DNA of 63,596 bases, the filler included, from Folioceros fuciformis (taxonomy: Eukaryota): assembly GCA_049999805.1 (NCBI GenBank). It is 10 parts of 10 records of this genome, joined end to end, with 100 filler letters (N's around TTAATTAATTAA, not from the genome) between each part and the next. Parts side by side here need not be neighbours in the genome. Positions count along the whole stretch, not along the records: positions 1 to 5,859 come from JBNGIO010003922.1; positions 5,960 to 7,814 come from JBNGIO010003924.1; positions 7,915 to 11,674 come from JBNGIO010003925.1; positions 11,775 to 17,970 come from JBNGIO010003926.1; 6 more parts are not named here. The stretch is one strand, 5' to 3'. Below, piece by piece: positions 1-12,236 of this stretch. Each line of letters opens with the position of its first letter. Position 1 is the first letter of the stretch. A program made the translations under genes and the position numbers. The notes beneath the pieces are model-generated. The model was given only the letters and a program-made list of their open reading frames with translations. It did not search any database and was not told where the DNA came from.

Positions 1-812
1 CCCCCCCATGGCTGATTTCTCCCTTTCCTCCCCGCTCCTCCTTCTCCGTCGCGCTTCCTCCCTCCCTTGTTCTTAGTCCCTCTAGTTTAATGTTTTAGGG
101 ACTGTATACGATTCGTATACGTACACACCTCTCTCTCTTGTATTTTATACGATTTAGATATGTGTTTAATATGTATTGGTATGTATACCATATACGTATC
201 CCTGTATTTCTTTTCTTTTTATTTTCATAATTTCCCTTTTTCTATTTTCATCCTTATTTTTCTAGATTTAATTCCAGAAATTCCAATTCAACTCTGTTTC
301 ACCTGCTTTCTTNNNNNNNNNNNNNNNNNNNNNNNNNNNNNNNNNNNNNNNNNNNNNNNNNNNNNNNNNNNNNNNNNNNNNNNNNNNNNNNNNNNNNNNN
401 NNNNNNNNNNNNGGGGCCTATTCCAGCACCCCAGGGTTAGTCTTCCATGGCCGAGGAACCATTTCGGCTGGAAGATGATTCCGCTGAATAAGCCAGGTTC
501 CGGCTGCTAATCCCACTCCTTCCCACCTCTTCTCTATCTTTCCCATTGCTCATGCTCCTCCCCTGGAGGCTGGCTTAGCCACCAAGGGTGAACAGTTGTA
601 GGGGAAGACTTAGCAGGCGGCCATCCAACAAGGAAGAGGCGGCGTCCGCAGATCTTTGAAGATCAGACATCCTCCGAAGTCTCAGGATAGTCTAAGAGGC
701 GGTAGATCCTTGTGGTGGTAGGGCCAGCTCATTGGTCGGAGGATGTGCTAGAAGTCTAAATAAGTGGCTGATGACAGCCGGCTAGGCTAGTGGTCCTATT
801 AAAATAATATTT

Positions 813-1144
813 GTTGCTTGTGTTGGTGCGTGAGTGAAGTGAGTGAGGGAAGTTACAGATCCGAAAGGTTAGGGTCGTTGTAGTGACTGGAGTGAGTTTG
901 TGGGCACCGAGAGAGGTGCAGCTGACCGCTGGACAGCGAGGCCTGTCCTACGCCTGATCGGAGCTAGAGGGGAGCCCTCGAATCTATCATCGAGTCGATT
1001 GAGTCCGACCCTCCATCCACAGCAGCAAGGAACCCCATCGCTTCTTCGTGGGAACGGAACCCAATGTCTCAACGACAGTGGGATAAGTGTGGCCACTAAA
1101 GGTGGAACCCGTTGGCAATCAGTGGCTGGGGTTTTGCCTCCACA
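813..1144 (+). mobile_element. 3' part of an LTR of an Athila-like Ty3/Gypsy family (copy 1 of 4), inserted into the LTR of a related element
   Basis: Near-identical to ~11890-12236, 60642-60807 and the reverse complement of 12814-13150. All copies end in ...GGTTTTGCCTCCACA. Confidence 0.8.
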
Positions 1145-1251
1145 CCTTGACACTAGTTCACTGCCTTGGGAGCGAATCATAAGACTGCATTGATAATAAG
1201 GGGAAATGTGGCCCCTTGGTGGTTCTTGGGTGTAAGAATCACTCCACATTT

Positions 1252-1269
1252 TGTCACCGTTGCCGGAGA
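1252..1269 (+). promoter_or_regulatory. Degenerate tRNA-Asp primer-binding site (Athila type)
   Basis: TGTCACCGTTGCCGGAGA follows an LTR end (...CTCCACA, 1248) and resembles TGGCGCCGTTGCCGGGGA, the complement of the tRNA-Asp 3' end. Confidence 0.7.
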
Positions 1270-1419
1270 GTGACATTGTTGTCAAGGTTTAGAGGGGATT
1301 GACCTGGATAGGGGACTGTATAAAGGAATGTGGCAGGGTTGATGGATGCCCTGCACAGGAGCTGAAGATTCAACTTCAGCTGTGAAGAGGGAGCTCAAGC
1401 AAGGAGGCAGTAACAAGCA

Positions 1420-4400
1420 TTGGAGAGTGGGCTAAGAGCAATAGAGAGGGAGTTGAGGAGGGCACAACCAAGGCACACAACAGTGAGGAGGAAGCGAGGG
1501 GCAAGCAACCAGCTGATCTTGGGGGGATCAATTTCATTGGAGCAAGACCCCCAACTTTCAGCTGTTGGAGGGGAGCCTAATCCAAGGCAACCTAACCCAA
1601 GTCTGCTCCTTGGTCTACATCCTGGACTTATGCAGGTGATTAGGAGTGCAGGGGCTGAAGGATCCAGCAACATCAGCCCAATTCCAGTTGCTGGATCTGC
1701 AACTACAATGGTGAGTGTAGGCACCATGGCAGCTCCAGCTGTTGCAATGTCCACTAAGCATCCGTACCCGTTGTATGGGGAGAAGAAAGGGTATGAGGAT
1801 CCGGATGAATTTGTGGAGAGGTTTGAACAGCTGACCCTTGCTAACCAAGAATCATCGGATGCACAGCGCATCCAATTGTTCTATGGTGTGCTGCATGGAG
1901 GGGGTGCCAAGTAGTACAGGAGGGAGTACCTCAAGGCCGGCACCTTTCCAGCAACTTTTGACGTGCTGAAGAGGGCCTTTTGTGAGCGGTTCAGGGGGAT
2001 AGACGTAGAGGGCTACATGTTGTCCAAGCTGGAGGCCTTGAGAAGGAGGAGGAAGGAGACCTTATAGGCCTATGTGGAGAGGTTCCACAGCCTGCGAGAT
2101 CGCTGTGGGCCTCATTCGGACTTGCAGGCCATTCGGTGGTTCGCTGGAGGCCTAGGGTCTAGGATGGGGGGTCACGTGAGGTTGTTTGCAGAAAAGGATG
2201 TGGGTAGGGCAATCAAGGCAGCCCTCAATTATGAGGAGTCTCATCCTTGGGGCAAGGGGAAATCCAAGAAGGAGAAGGAGAGAGTGAGGGAGAAGGACAA
2301 GAAGAAGAACAGGCCTAAGAAGGGGAAGAAGAAGAGGGAGTCATCCTCCTCGGATGAAGATTCCTCCAAGGAGAGCAATTTTTCAGAAGAATCAGCAGTG
2401 GAGACCTCTTCATCTTCAGCGGAGGACAGCATGGAGGAGGAGTCCTCGGAGGACGAGGATGTCAAGAAAAGAAGGAAGAAGAAGGAGCAAGAGGTGGCTA
2501 GGAGGAAGAAGGAAGCAAAGAAGGCCAAGGATCTGGCCAAGGCCAAGCAAGAGGTGGCTAGTGCCAAGAGGGAGGTGGAGCAGGTTAAGAAAGAGGCTGA
2601 GTTTGCAGCCAAGAAGGTGGAGCAGTAGGAGTCCAAGATGGAAGAGATGATGAGCAAGTTTGAGAAGTTTCATCTCGCTGCTATCAAGGAACATGAGAGG
2701 AGTAGGGCTGCAACTAGTGGCAGGGCTAATTTGTTTTGCTCCACTTGTGGTGAGCAAGGGTACACCAAGAACCATTGTCAAGAGGCCAAGGTGCACTTGC
2801 TGACCTATGAGGGGGAGGAAGAGGAGTGGCCGGTAGAGGACTCCTACCAAATTCAGGAGCTTTCCCAAGGGCAGCAATATCCCAAGACAGAACATCCTTC
2901 CATTCTACGAAATCCTATGGGCATGGGTGGTCGCAGCAACTAGGTGGGGAGGGTTGCTAATCAAACAGCGGGGGTTGTCCAATGCTACAATTGCCGTGGC
3001 TTTGGACATTATGCCAATAGCTGTCCATCAGCAACTAGGCAAGCCAATGGGGATTATGATAGGTTGTGCCAAAACTGCAAACAACAAGGTCATGTGGCGG
3101 GCAGCGTGCTTTGCTTGAATCCTAGAAAGAGCGTGCGGATTGCCCAACCAGCGGTGACGGGAGTGCAGCAAGCAACAAGTCAAGAGGTTGCAACAGCCAT
3201 GCATGTGGAGGATGCTCTCATGGCTGTTTGGGAGGAGATTGAGGCTAAGGTGCTTAGGGGATTGGAAGGCCTAGACACCACAAAGGGGGGTTACTATGGG
3301 GAGGCTGCAGCCATGGCATTATGCACCCGTAGTGGAAGGAGGAAAGACAAACCACGGAGTACCAAGAAGAGGAGAAAGAAAGCTGAATCCACCTCAGGAT
3401 TTGAGGAGGAATTGGGGAGCACTTCAAATGTAAAAGAGTCAAGCCTTGAGGATGGAAACAAGGGGAGGCAGACCTTCGAGAGGGAAAAATCAGGGATTGA
3501 AAAGGAAGCAGCTCCAGCAAAGGAGGGGAACTTGGAATTTCCACCAGATGTACAGGGAGAGGTCATGGACATGATCCATGAAGAGCTCGATAAGGCAACA
3601 AAGGTGGCCGGACTTGTGGCTGCAAGTGAGCCACCTAGGGAGGTGGTAGTAGTGACCAAAAGCACAGTCAGGACCGTCCAGAAGCCATTTGACTTGGCTG
3701 GGGCCATCATGGATCAGCAATTTGCTGTCACCTTTGGCCAGCTCTTGAAGGACAACCCCAAATACCGGCAGCAAGTCCGGAAGGCCTTGCAGGAAGCCCA
3801 ATCCAAGAAGAAGAAGAAGAGGCTGCCTAAATCAAGGCCAAGGGTGTCGGCCCCTATGGTCAGCATGGTGTCCATGGTGGATAAAGGGCCGGTTGAGTTG
3901 CAGGTGGAAATTGCTGGCTACGTGATTAAGAAGGTAGGATCCTGTGGACACGGGTTCAAGGGTGAATATCATGACGGAGGACACCGCCAAGAAGCTTGGG
4001 TTGGCGGTGGAGCATACAACCAAGGTCTTGAGGATGGCTGATATGTCCAGGATGTAGGCGGTAGGGGAGCTGAGAGGGGTGACCATAATCAAAGGAACCA
4101 TTCCCTACCTCCTAGATTTTGTGGTTATTCAACACAAGGCACCGGGCTATGACATTTTGCTGGGCAAAACTCGGCTGTATGGCTCAAGGTGCAGGCTGTC
4201 ATGGGGAAGGAAGGAAGTGGCCTTCAAACCACCAGAATGGGATCCCAAGACAAAGGAGGGCAGGATTTGCTTGAGTTGGAGCCGGGACACTTACTTTGGT
4301 GAGACCCCCACGAAGACGGAGGGGTATACGTCCGTAGAAGACACATTTGATTTGGAGGAGGGGGAAGGGGAAGACAAGTTTCCCTTTGCCCACATCTCAT

Positions 4401-4586
4401 GGTCAGATGAGGAGGGGGACTACCGGAGGGATATTCCCTATTCCCTGAACCGGGTGGAATGTTTTGGACTCACCCTGGATTGCACCACGGTAAGGGCTGA
4501 AGGAGCAACCGTGGATGAGCAAGCTGTTGAGGTTGCTGAAGGGAAGGTCCAGGAGGGGGTTTCACGTGCCGAAGAGAGTGTGAAGG
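1420..4586 (+). mobile_element. Degenerate Ty3/Gypsy (Athila-like) gag-protease, truncated by a Copia insertion
   Basis: Retrotransposon-gag-like segment (DPDEFVERFEQL...FDVLKRAFCERF), Lys/Ser/Glu-rich linker, and three zinc knuckles (CSTCGEQGYTKNHC, CYNCRGFGHYANSC, CQNCKQQGHVAGSVLC). Frameshifted aspartic protease PVDTGSRVNIM...YDILLG at ~3941-4170. Several in-frame stops. Confidence 0.85.
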
Positions 4587-5859
4587 TGTTACGGAATGGA
4601 TAATCTTCCCATAACCCTGCCGACTAGCTGGTTACCGTAGACCATAATTAATACTATTTAATAATTACGAACGGGTGTGCCTCTTCTGAAGAGACACCCA
4701 GTGACACTATTTAAGACACACTTTGTATACACATTTTAGAGATTAACACGAAATATCTTTCTGAGCATTGCGTCTTGATCATGCTAGACTAGATGCAATC
4801 CTAAAGATGCTAGATTAGATGCAATCCTACTGCTAGGATTTCAACATGGTATCAGAGCCGTGGCTCACATGGTCTTCTGATCATGGCTAGAAACATGTCA
4901 TTGAGGTTGCGCAAGCAATATCCAAAGGTTTTTGAGAACCTTACCCGCTTGCCAATAGATCTTCTTGACGAGTTTTTCCGACTATGCAAAAATAAATAAT
5001 GCATCAGATCATGATAGTTTTCTTTTTTCGTTCGAATTACGAGAAGAATCTTGCAGATGCTAGTCGAGACCTAACGATTTAGGATAGGGAAAATCTAAGC
5101 TAGAAGAAGGTTGTCTGTCCTAGAATGTCTAGGAAACATAGTGCCTAGGCTTAGAAAATGCTATCAAAATTTTCCATTTGAAAAAAAAGGGAGAAAAAAA
5201 AGATGAGTGCACCAAAACAGGTCTCCCATCCGAGTGCTCATCCAACCCCCAGGATGCCTAACTCTGGAGTTTAGAAAGAGCACGGGCTACCCTCTCTACT
5301 CTCCTTCAGGACAATTTCAAGATGTATATTTTTTGTACATATGCATCGCTGGGAGCGTAAATGAAACCAAGGAGGATCTTTGGCACCTATAGGGCGCCCT
5401 TCCTCTGCCAAGATTTAGGCGCCTCAACTCACGAGAAATTGCTGATTGGAGCCTGATTGGGGAAGAGGGGGATTGGAGCTCGGTCAATCTTAGTATCTCT
5501 AAACTGGCTCAATTTCCCCCAATCTGCAGGCGTGTAGGGGGAGAAGTTATTCCCACAAAGGATTTGCCCCCTATTACTCAACTTCTGCCAAATGGTGCCA
5601 GAATCGAACAAACTCCGTCGAGAATTGAGGCAGATCTAAGGGGGTGTGGAAGATTGCAGGATGAGAAGCAATTCTAGGCTGATCCTTACTTGAAATACAC
5701 CAAATTTAGACACAGGGCTTTGCAGGAGGAGGCGCCCCAGCTCGTTGATCCAGCGCCCGCAGCCGATCGCACCTGCTGCAGGTGCTTGAGGCAATCGCAA
5801 CGAGGTGCAAGGTGGTGCGAGGTGCAAGGCAACGAGGCGCCCTTGCCTCGCTGCCTCCC
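4587..5859 (+). mobile_element. Ty1/Copia-type 5' LTR (4587-4846), tRNA-iMet PBS (4847-4858) and leader, cut by a gap
   Basis: TGTTA...TCAACA termini immediately followed by TGGTATCAGAGC. Interrupts the Gypsy pol reading frame. Confidence 0.8.
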
Positions 5860-5959
5860 NNNNNNNNNNNNNNNNNNNNNNNNNNNNNNNNNNNNNNNNN
5901 NNNTTAATTAATTAANNNNNNNNNNNNNNNNNNNNNNNNNNNNNNNNNNNNNNNNNNNN
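5860..5959. other. Artificial scaffold joint: N44-TTAATTAATTAA-N44. Linker also at 7859, 11719, 18015, 23385, 28392, 32362, 45653 and 60586.
   Basis: Identical 12-mer with stop codons in all six frames, centred in exactly 100-bp gaps, nine times. Confidence 0.97.
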
Positions 5960-6144
5960 TCAGGGTAAGTACCATCCACTACTTTCCAGACTCCACGGGC
6001 AACTAAGGTGGATTTCATTCTGACTTTCCAAATATCATAACAACTTCCATTAAATCTGTCTTTTTCTTTCAAGTCTTCTATGAAGGATGAAGACACTGCT
6101 CCTCGTTGGATAGGAGGGGTAGGAGTAGCCATTAATGAGTCCAC
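5960..6144 (-). mobile_element. Ty1/Copia gag N-terminus fragment
   Basis: DRFNGSCYDIWKVRMKSTLVARGVWKVVDG is a typical Copia gag start. Confidence 0.8.
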
Positions 6145-6736
6145 AACAAACTAAACTATAGGGGAAGATGTACAAGTGAGAATCATTTTAGATGAAATTG
6201 TAAGTTGAAATCAGAACTCTAAATGAAAACCGTCTGACTAATTAGGGCTATTTCAAATTGTTATTTGGAAATAACTGAATGAAAGTAACTGATATAACTG
6301 CTGTTCAGGGCGACGAGAATTGAAGGGACAGCCCTGAATTTGTGGATGAAGCGCGCAACAGCCATGGCCACTTAGGAACCCTAACTGCTGCCACTCAACC
6401 ACCTTAGAAGCAATTTTCTCAAAATTAGGTTGCGATAGGGCTTGCAGGCCCTGCACAATCGGCAGTCTCATTGGGAATTACATGTAGAGAGTGCAACAAT
6501 TGAATGATGCACTTGATGCCGTGATCAATGTCATAGCTCATATTGTTGATTTTTTGCTGTAAACATTCTTCTATGTCATAAATTGATTCCAAAAAAGATT
6601 CATGCCTAGAACGCAATTGAGAAAATCTAACTTCAANNNNNNNNNNNNNNNNNNNNNNNNNNNNNNNNNNNNNNNNNNNNNNNNNNNNNNNNNNNNNNNN
6701 NNNNNNNNNNNNNNNNNNNNNNNNNNNNNNNNNNNN

Positions 6737-6816
6737 GCAAGGGAGATGAAAATATGTCTTGCAAGGGAGATGAAAATATGTCTTGCAAGGGAGATGAAAA
6801 TATGTCTTGCAAGGGA
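6737..6816. repeat. 24-bp tandem repeat (GCAAGGGAGATGAAAATATGTCTT) abutting a gap
   Basis: About 3.4 perfect copies visible. Confidence 0.9.
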
Positions 6817-6849
6817 GAATACTTATGGACTTTGGCGCTTGCACATCCC

Positions 6850-7723
6850 CTCTAAACGATCGCTAAACGAGCCACATGATGAAGGAGGAGAGGAGAAAGC
6901 AAGGTCTCTCACATTCTCTTGCAAGGGAGCTCAAGAGGGTATTTATACCCTCTAGAAGAGCTCCCAAGGAAGCTTCACAAGAATCTCACAAGAAGCTTCT
7001 TAAAGATTAGCTTAAGCTAATCTAAAGTAATAATACTTCTCTAGACATTAATCTTAGACTAAACACATTAGTCTAAGCATTTTGGGCTTTAATAACCCTA
7101 CCACCTCCCACTTAAAGGCCAATTTACCTTCATAGGAGAGTGGTCTACCTCATGCCCATGAGTGTTCGAGCTTGTGCGAATTGCTCTGTAGAGAGCCCCT
7201 CGGTAAGAATATCTGCAGGGTTCTGACTAGTGTGAACTTTGACAAGCTGTACCCTCTTGTCTTCCAACACCTCTCGAATGAAGTGATACTTCACTTTTAC
7301 ATGTTTGGTCTTCGCATGAAACACTGGATTCTTCGCCAATTGGATAGCACTCTGGCTATCACAATGCAACACTGGCAGCTCAACCTTGATCCCCAAGTCT
7401 CCCACTAAACGAGCAAGCCACATGGCTTCCTTGCAAGCCTCAGTCGCTGCAACATACTCGGCCTCTATAGTAGATAGCGTTATGCACGATTGCAAACGAG
7501 ATCGCCATGAGATTGCCCCTCTAGTGCACATGAAGACATAACCCAATGTGGACCTCCTTTTGTCCATATACCTTGCATAATCAGCATCCGTATATCCAAC
7601 GACAGATGCATCTTCACTACCAAAACATATGCACAAAGCTTTCGTACCATTTAAATACCTCATAACTCCTTTTACTGCCTCACAATGCTTCTTGCGAGGG
7701 TTTGAAATAAACTTGCTAACCAC
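6850..7723 (-). mobile_element. Ty1/Copia RT-end/RNase H (7145-7723), PPT (7104-7113) and 3' LTR starting TG at 7103
   Basis: GYTDADYA...STIEAEY...LHCDSQSAI...KHVKVKYHFIRE...ADILT motifs. The purine tract AAGTGGGAGG precedes TGGTAGGGTT. The LTR is homologous to 13455-13779. Confidence 0.9.
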
Positions 7724-7914
7724 TCTGTGGGGTTAAAATATGGTACCCAGGGGTACCGCGAGGTCCACACAAGCCCTCTATGTCGTTGTAGCTCTGGGAT
7801 TCGATCCCAAGGGANNNNNNNNNNNNNNNNNNNNNNNNNNNNNNNNNNNNNNNNNNNNTTAATTAATTAANNNNNNNNNNNNNNNNNNNNNNNNNNNNNN
7901 NNNNNNNNNNNNNN

Positions 7915-10803
7915 CATTCTAGACAACCTACTACTCCTGAGGGAAGCTAAGTACAACACTCATGTACAGAAGAAAGCCGCCGTTTTCATTTCCCCTTACT
8001 TTTACAAGGCTTATGATTCTGTTGAGTGGCATTTCATGTGGCGGTGTATGCGCAGCTTCAGGTTTGGGAATAATTTCTGCAGATGGATAGCCATTCTGTG
8101 TGAAGACGCAGGAGCCAAGGTGGCTGTTAATGGGTCTTTTACGCAGCGCTTTGGCATCTCTCGGTCGGTACGTCAGGGTTGCCCGCTTGCTCCATTCTTA
8201 TTTATCATCGTCACTGACTTCTTTCTCATAGCAGTCAAGCAAGACCCGGCAGTGGTGGGTATTCGGAACCCAGATGGAACGCAGCTAAGGGTCTCTGCAT
8301 TCGCAGATGATACTCTCCTCTTCTCTTTGGCTGAGGAGGCTTCATTGAAAGCGTTGCTCCAACAGGTCAAGGTCTTTGGTGAACTATCGGGTTGCAAGGT
8401 GAATTGGAGCAGACGCGCGTGATGTGTCTTCACAGGGATGAGGAGCTTCCTCAGTGTATTAATCACATTAGGTGAGTGACTCTGGGTTCTACCCACAAGT
8501 ATTTGGGGCTTCCTTTCCAAGAGGGGGATGAGAATGGGGAGATTGGGAAGTACATCTGCCTCAGGTTCATTCTCAAAGCGGCTAGTCTACAGTTGCTAGA
8601 GCTTAACCTGGCAGGTAGGCTAGTGGTGATTAATCATATCCTTACTGCCTCTTTATGGTATTATTTGTCTTTATGGGCCCCTTCCAAGATAGAAGCGAAG
8701 CGCCTACAACAGGTGCTGACCTCTTTCCTATGGAAGTGTTCAGGGGATAGTACGGCTGGGTGCTCTAAAGTAGCTTGGCAGCATATTATTCAGGCACGTG
8801 GTTTGGGGGGGCTCAGGGTGGTCGACCCGGTTGCCAAGATGAAAGTGTTGCATGCTCAATGGGTTGTCAGGGCAGCTGATCCGGCGTACTAACCTTGGAA
8901 GAGTCTGCTAACAAAGCATCTGGACTGCACCCAAGTTGTTCCCAGGGGAAGGAGATCTATTGACAACATTCTGGCTGACAAACCGATTCTTGACACTGCA
9001 GAATGCTCCCACTCTTCAAGTCCATATGGAGCAGTTACCTGGAGGTTAAACAATACATTATCCCAGGCGACTTTTCTTGTGCAGATGATGTTCTTAGTAT
9101 TCCTTTGCAGGGATTCTTGAGGTTGTGGGTTCAGGAGTTCAGGTCAAGGGTTTATCGGTCACAAATTTTCGGGTTGGCTTGTCGGAAAGGCGTTATCCAG
9201 CTTGGTCATTTATGGAATAGATCAGAGTCCCGTTGGAAGGAGGTAGAGNNNNNNNNNNNNNNNNNNNNNNNNNNNNNNNNNNNNNNNNNNNNNNNNNNNN
9301 NNNNNNNNNNNNNNNNNNNNNNNNNNNNNNNNNNNNNNNNNNNNNNNNAGGTCAAAGGGGAGTTTGGCTTAGGGACCCGGCACGTCAAACTCATTTTCTC
9401 ATGGATGCATGAGGGGCTAGAGGAAAAGGTGCAATAGTTCTTAAGGCAACAACCTACCATAGGAAGTGAAGGGTGGTGTGCATACTCGATGGATAGTAGG
9501 GGAGTTGACTCGGAGGAGGAGGACGATGAGGTGGAAGCATTAGAACTAGAAGGACGGTTTGGCTTGAGAGAACGGATGACAAAGGGATGTTGCAGTCGTT
9601 CAAGGTCTTTTCGCTTGATGGATTTTTGGAAGAACAGGGCAAGGATGATGGGAAAGCCCGAGGAGGGGAATTGCGGGTTATTATTGTTCTCGTTAAGTCG
9701 GTGCGGGCAGGGCGATGGTGCATCCCAGGCGAACGCCTAATTGGGCCACTACCCTCTGATAAAGCAAAGCTTCAGTGCTGCTTCCGACTGGGCGAGAATT
9801 GGACTATGACCTTCAGACCATATCTCTACAAATGGCCTAGGCGTCCAGGGTGCAAGAAGGCTATCCCTCGATCTTTCTTCAACTCCCCTACGGCGAACTT
9901 GTTCCTTTGGTTAGTGCAAGTGCAGAAAATCAAGCAACGATAGCCAATGGCTCCCCGATTGCAACTTGCTGGATGGTGACAAAGGGAAGCCATCAAACTT
10001 CTATGGAAGTTCGCAGAAATCCTCCCCCCAAGGTTAGGTCTAAAGTTTGGTGTTTTTTTCAAGCGTGCTTGCCTAATGCGGATCGGTGGGATGGGCTTTT
10101 AGCTGCGACGGGGGAGGATGTGTGTCGACTGTGCACCGCTGTGGCCCCGAACAAGAGCCAACACATGTTCTATCATTGCAGCTTTGCCCAAGAGATCTGG
10201 AGGGAGGTTGGCAGGTGGCTCTGTTTGATTTTTCCTAGTGCTAACCTAAGGATCACATCACAATTAGCCTTATTTGGGCTGAACGCAACCTCGGGCAAAC
10301 CTCTCCTTAAAACATAATGGTGGGGCTTACTGTGGACTTCTTGCCTTGTCCATCTCTAGGTCAACTGGTCTGCGGTGGTCTATGGAGGACAAGATTCAGC
10401 TTCATCGAAAGCTTTGATGTGGCGCATATGGAAGCATTTGTTAATTGGAGCAGAAGCTTGGGAGCAATCCCGTCAGAAGCACTTGAAGCGGAAAGTCTGG
10501 AGGATGGCGGGATTCCTACCACCTGGAAAAGATACGCGGTGGAATCATTCGTGCCCCTGGGGACGATGAGTCTTAAAGTCCATGGGAGACCTTGAGGGTG
10601 AGTATAAGAACTTGGCTTTGGCCGTTCGAGGTTATCATAGTGAAGAGGAGTGCTTTTTGAGCGCCTTGTCTTGAGTCTAGGACTCAAAGCTAGTTCTCCC
10701 CCTCTCTTCTGGTGCTTGATTTTTGTACATATGTTACTTTCCCTTTGTATTGTAGTGGAAGGCACTTGCCAATTTAATCAGAATTTTTTTCGCGAAAAAA
10801 AAA
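7915..10803 (+). mobile_element. Degenerate L1/Tx1-like LINE ORF2 (RT, zf-RVT) with 3' poly(A)
   Basis: KAYDSVEW, SVRQGCPLAPFLF, SAFADDT and HKYLG RT motifs, CRLC...HMFYHC zinc finger, A-tract at ~10795-10803. Stops and frameshifts present. Confidence 0.9.
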
Positions 10804-10909
10804 GTTGTATCGTGACTATGGTGACTATCAAGCAGTTGTTATGCTGATAAAAGCTTGGACTTCATTTGTGACTCCTCAAACCATACACAATTGTTGAAGG
10901 CATAGCACT

Positions 10910-11488
10910 TTGGATGCGGAATTACGTGCACAAGATGCTCAGTTCCGTATGTCTTTGGATCTAAACAACGCACCATATGATTCAAAGGATCCATTGTCGG
11001 ATCCTCAAAATCACTCTAATTCATTGGAAACGCAAGTAGAAGAGCTACAACAGTCCATGCGAAGCTTAGCATTATTAACATCTGAGGATATGACAAGAAT
11101 TACTGATGTTGGATATCCAACGATGATAGCTGAAGAGTATCTGAACTTTGAGGAGGATGAAGGATTGGAGACTACGCATATTCCTACAGAGGACGAAATA
11201 TGGCAAGCATTAATCCCTTCGCCTATCAATGAGGAGGGTGAGGAGAATGATACAACATCAGTGTAGACCATAGCGCCAAGACTACGTACGACAAAGGATG
11301 CTGTAGATAATGCTATGAGGATAGCGAAGATGTTTTTGGAAGAGATACCATATAACACTCTTGATGCTTTGAAGTTGCATTCTCAATTGGAAAAACATAT
11401 TGCTATGGAAAAACATATTGCTAGTCATTGGATGAAAGTAACTCAGCATCAATTAAGGATTGATGATTATTTTAACCTATCAAACTAG
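10910..11488 (+). mobile_element. pogo/Tigger (CENP-B-like) transposase C-terminal remnant
   Basis: Acidic EEYLNFEEDE..TEDEI segment, and the frame ends in a PIP-box-like QLRIDDYF typical of pogo transposases. AACCCCTCTAA at ~11644 matches the TIR motif at 20932-20958. Confidence 0.6.
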
Positions 11489-11773
11489 AATTAGGTTGGC
11501 AGCTATGTAGTATGAGGGAGCATTTTGGATTTTTTTGGATTTTTTGGAAGCTTTTAAGCTCTCTCAAATTTTTGACTTAAAGGATTTTTTTGATTTTTTT
11601 TAAATATTTTTATTTTCAAAAAAGATAAAAATGCCTAAACAGGAACCCCTCTAAATGGGACGATTTTTGCTACTNNNNNNNNNNNNNNNNNNNNNNNNNN
11701 NNNNNNNNNNNNNNNNNNTTAATTAATTAANNNNNNNNNNNNNNNNNNNNNNNNNNNNNNNNNNNNNNNNNNN

Positions 11774-12236
11774 NGGAGATATCCAAGAGGGGAGTGTGTT
11801 CCCTTCTTTCTTTTCTTTGGGGTTAGTCTAGTGACTCTTGCCGGGTAGGAGGAGTCAGTAGGGAAGTGTAGAAGGTAGTGGTGTCATTGTTAGTTGCTGG
11901 TGTTCGTGCTAGAGTGAGAGAGTGAGTGAAGTGTGTGAGGGAAGTCGCAGATCTGAGAGGTTAGGGTCGTTGTAGTGACTGGAGTGAGTTTGTGGGCACC
12001 GAGAGAGGTGCAGCTGACCGCTGGACAGCGAGGCCTGTCCTACGCCTGATCGGAGCTAGAGGGAAGCCCTCGAATCCATCATCGAGTCGATCAAGTCCGA
12101 CCCTCCATCCACAGCAGCAAGGAACCCCATCGCTCCTTCGTGGGAACGAAACCCAATGTCTCAACGACACTGGGATAAGTGTGGCCACTAAAGGTGGAAC
12201 CCGTTGGCAATCAGTGCCCAGGGTTTTGCCTCCACA
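11774..12236 (+). mobile_element. Athila-like LTR (copy 2) inserted in opposite orientation into the 5' internal region of a same-family element
   Basis: Reverse complement of 12814-13283. Ends CTCCACA. Confidence 0.85.
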
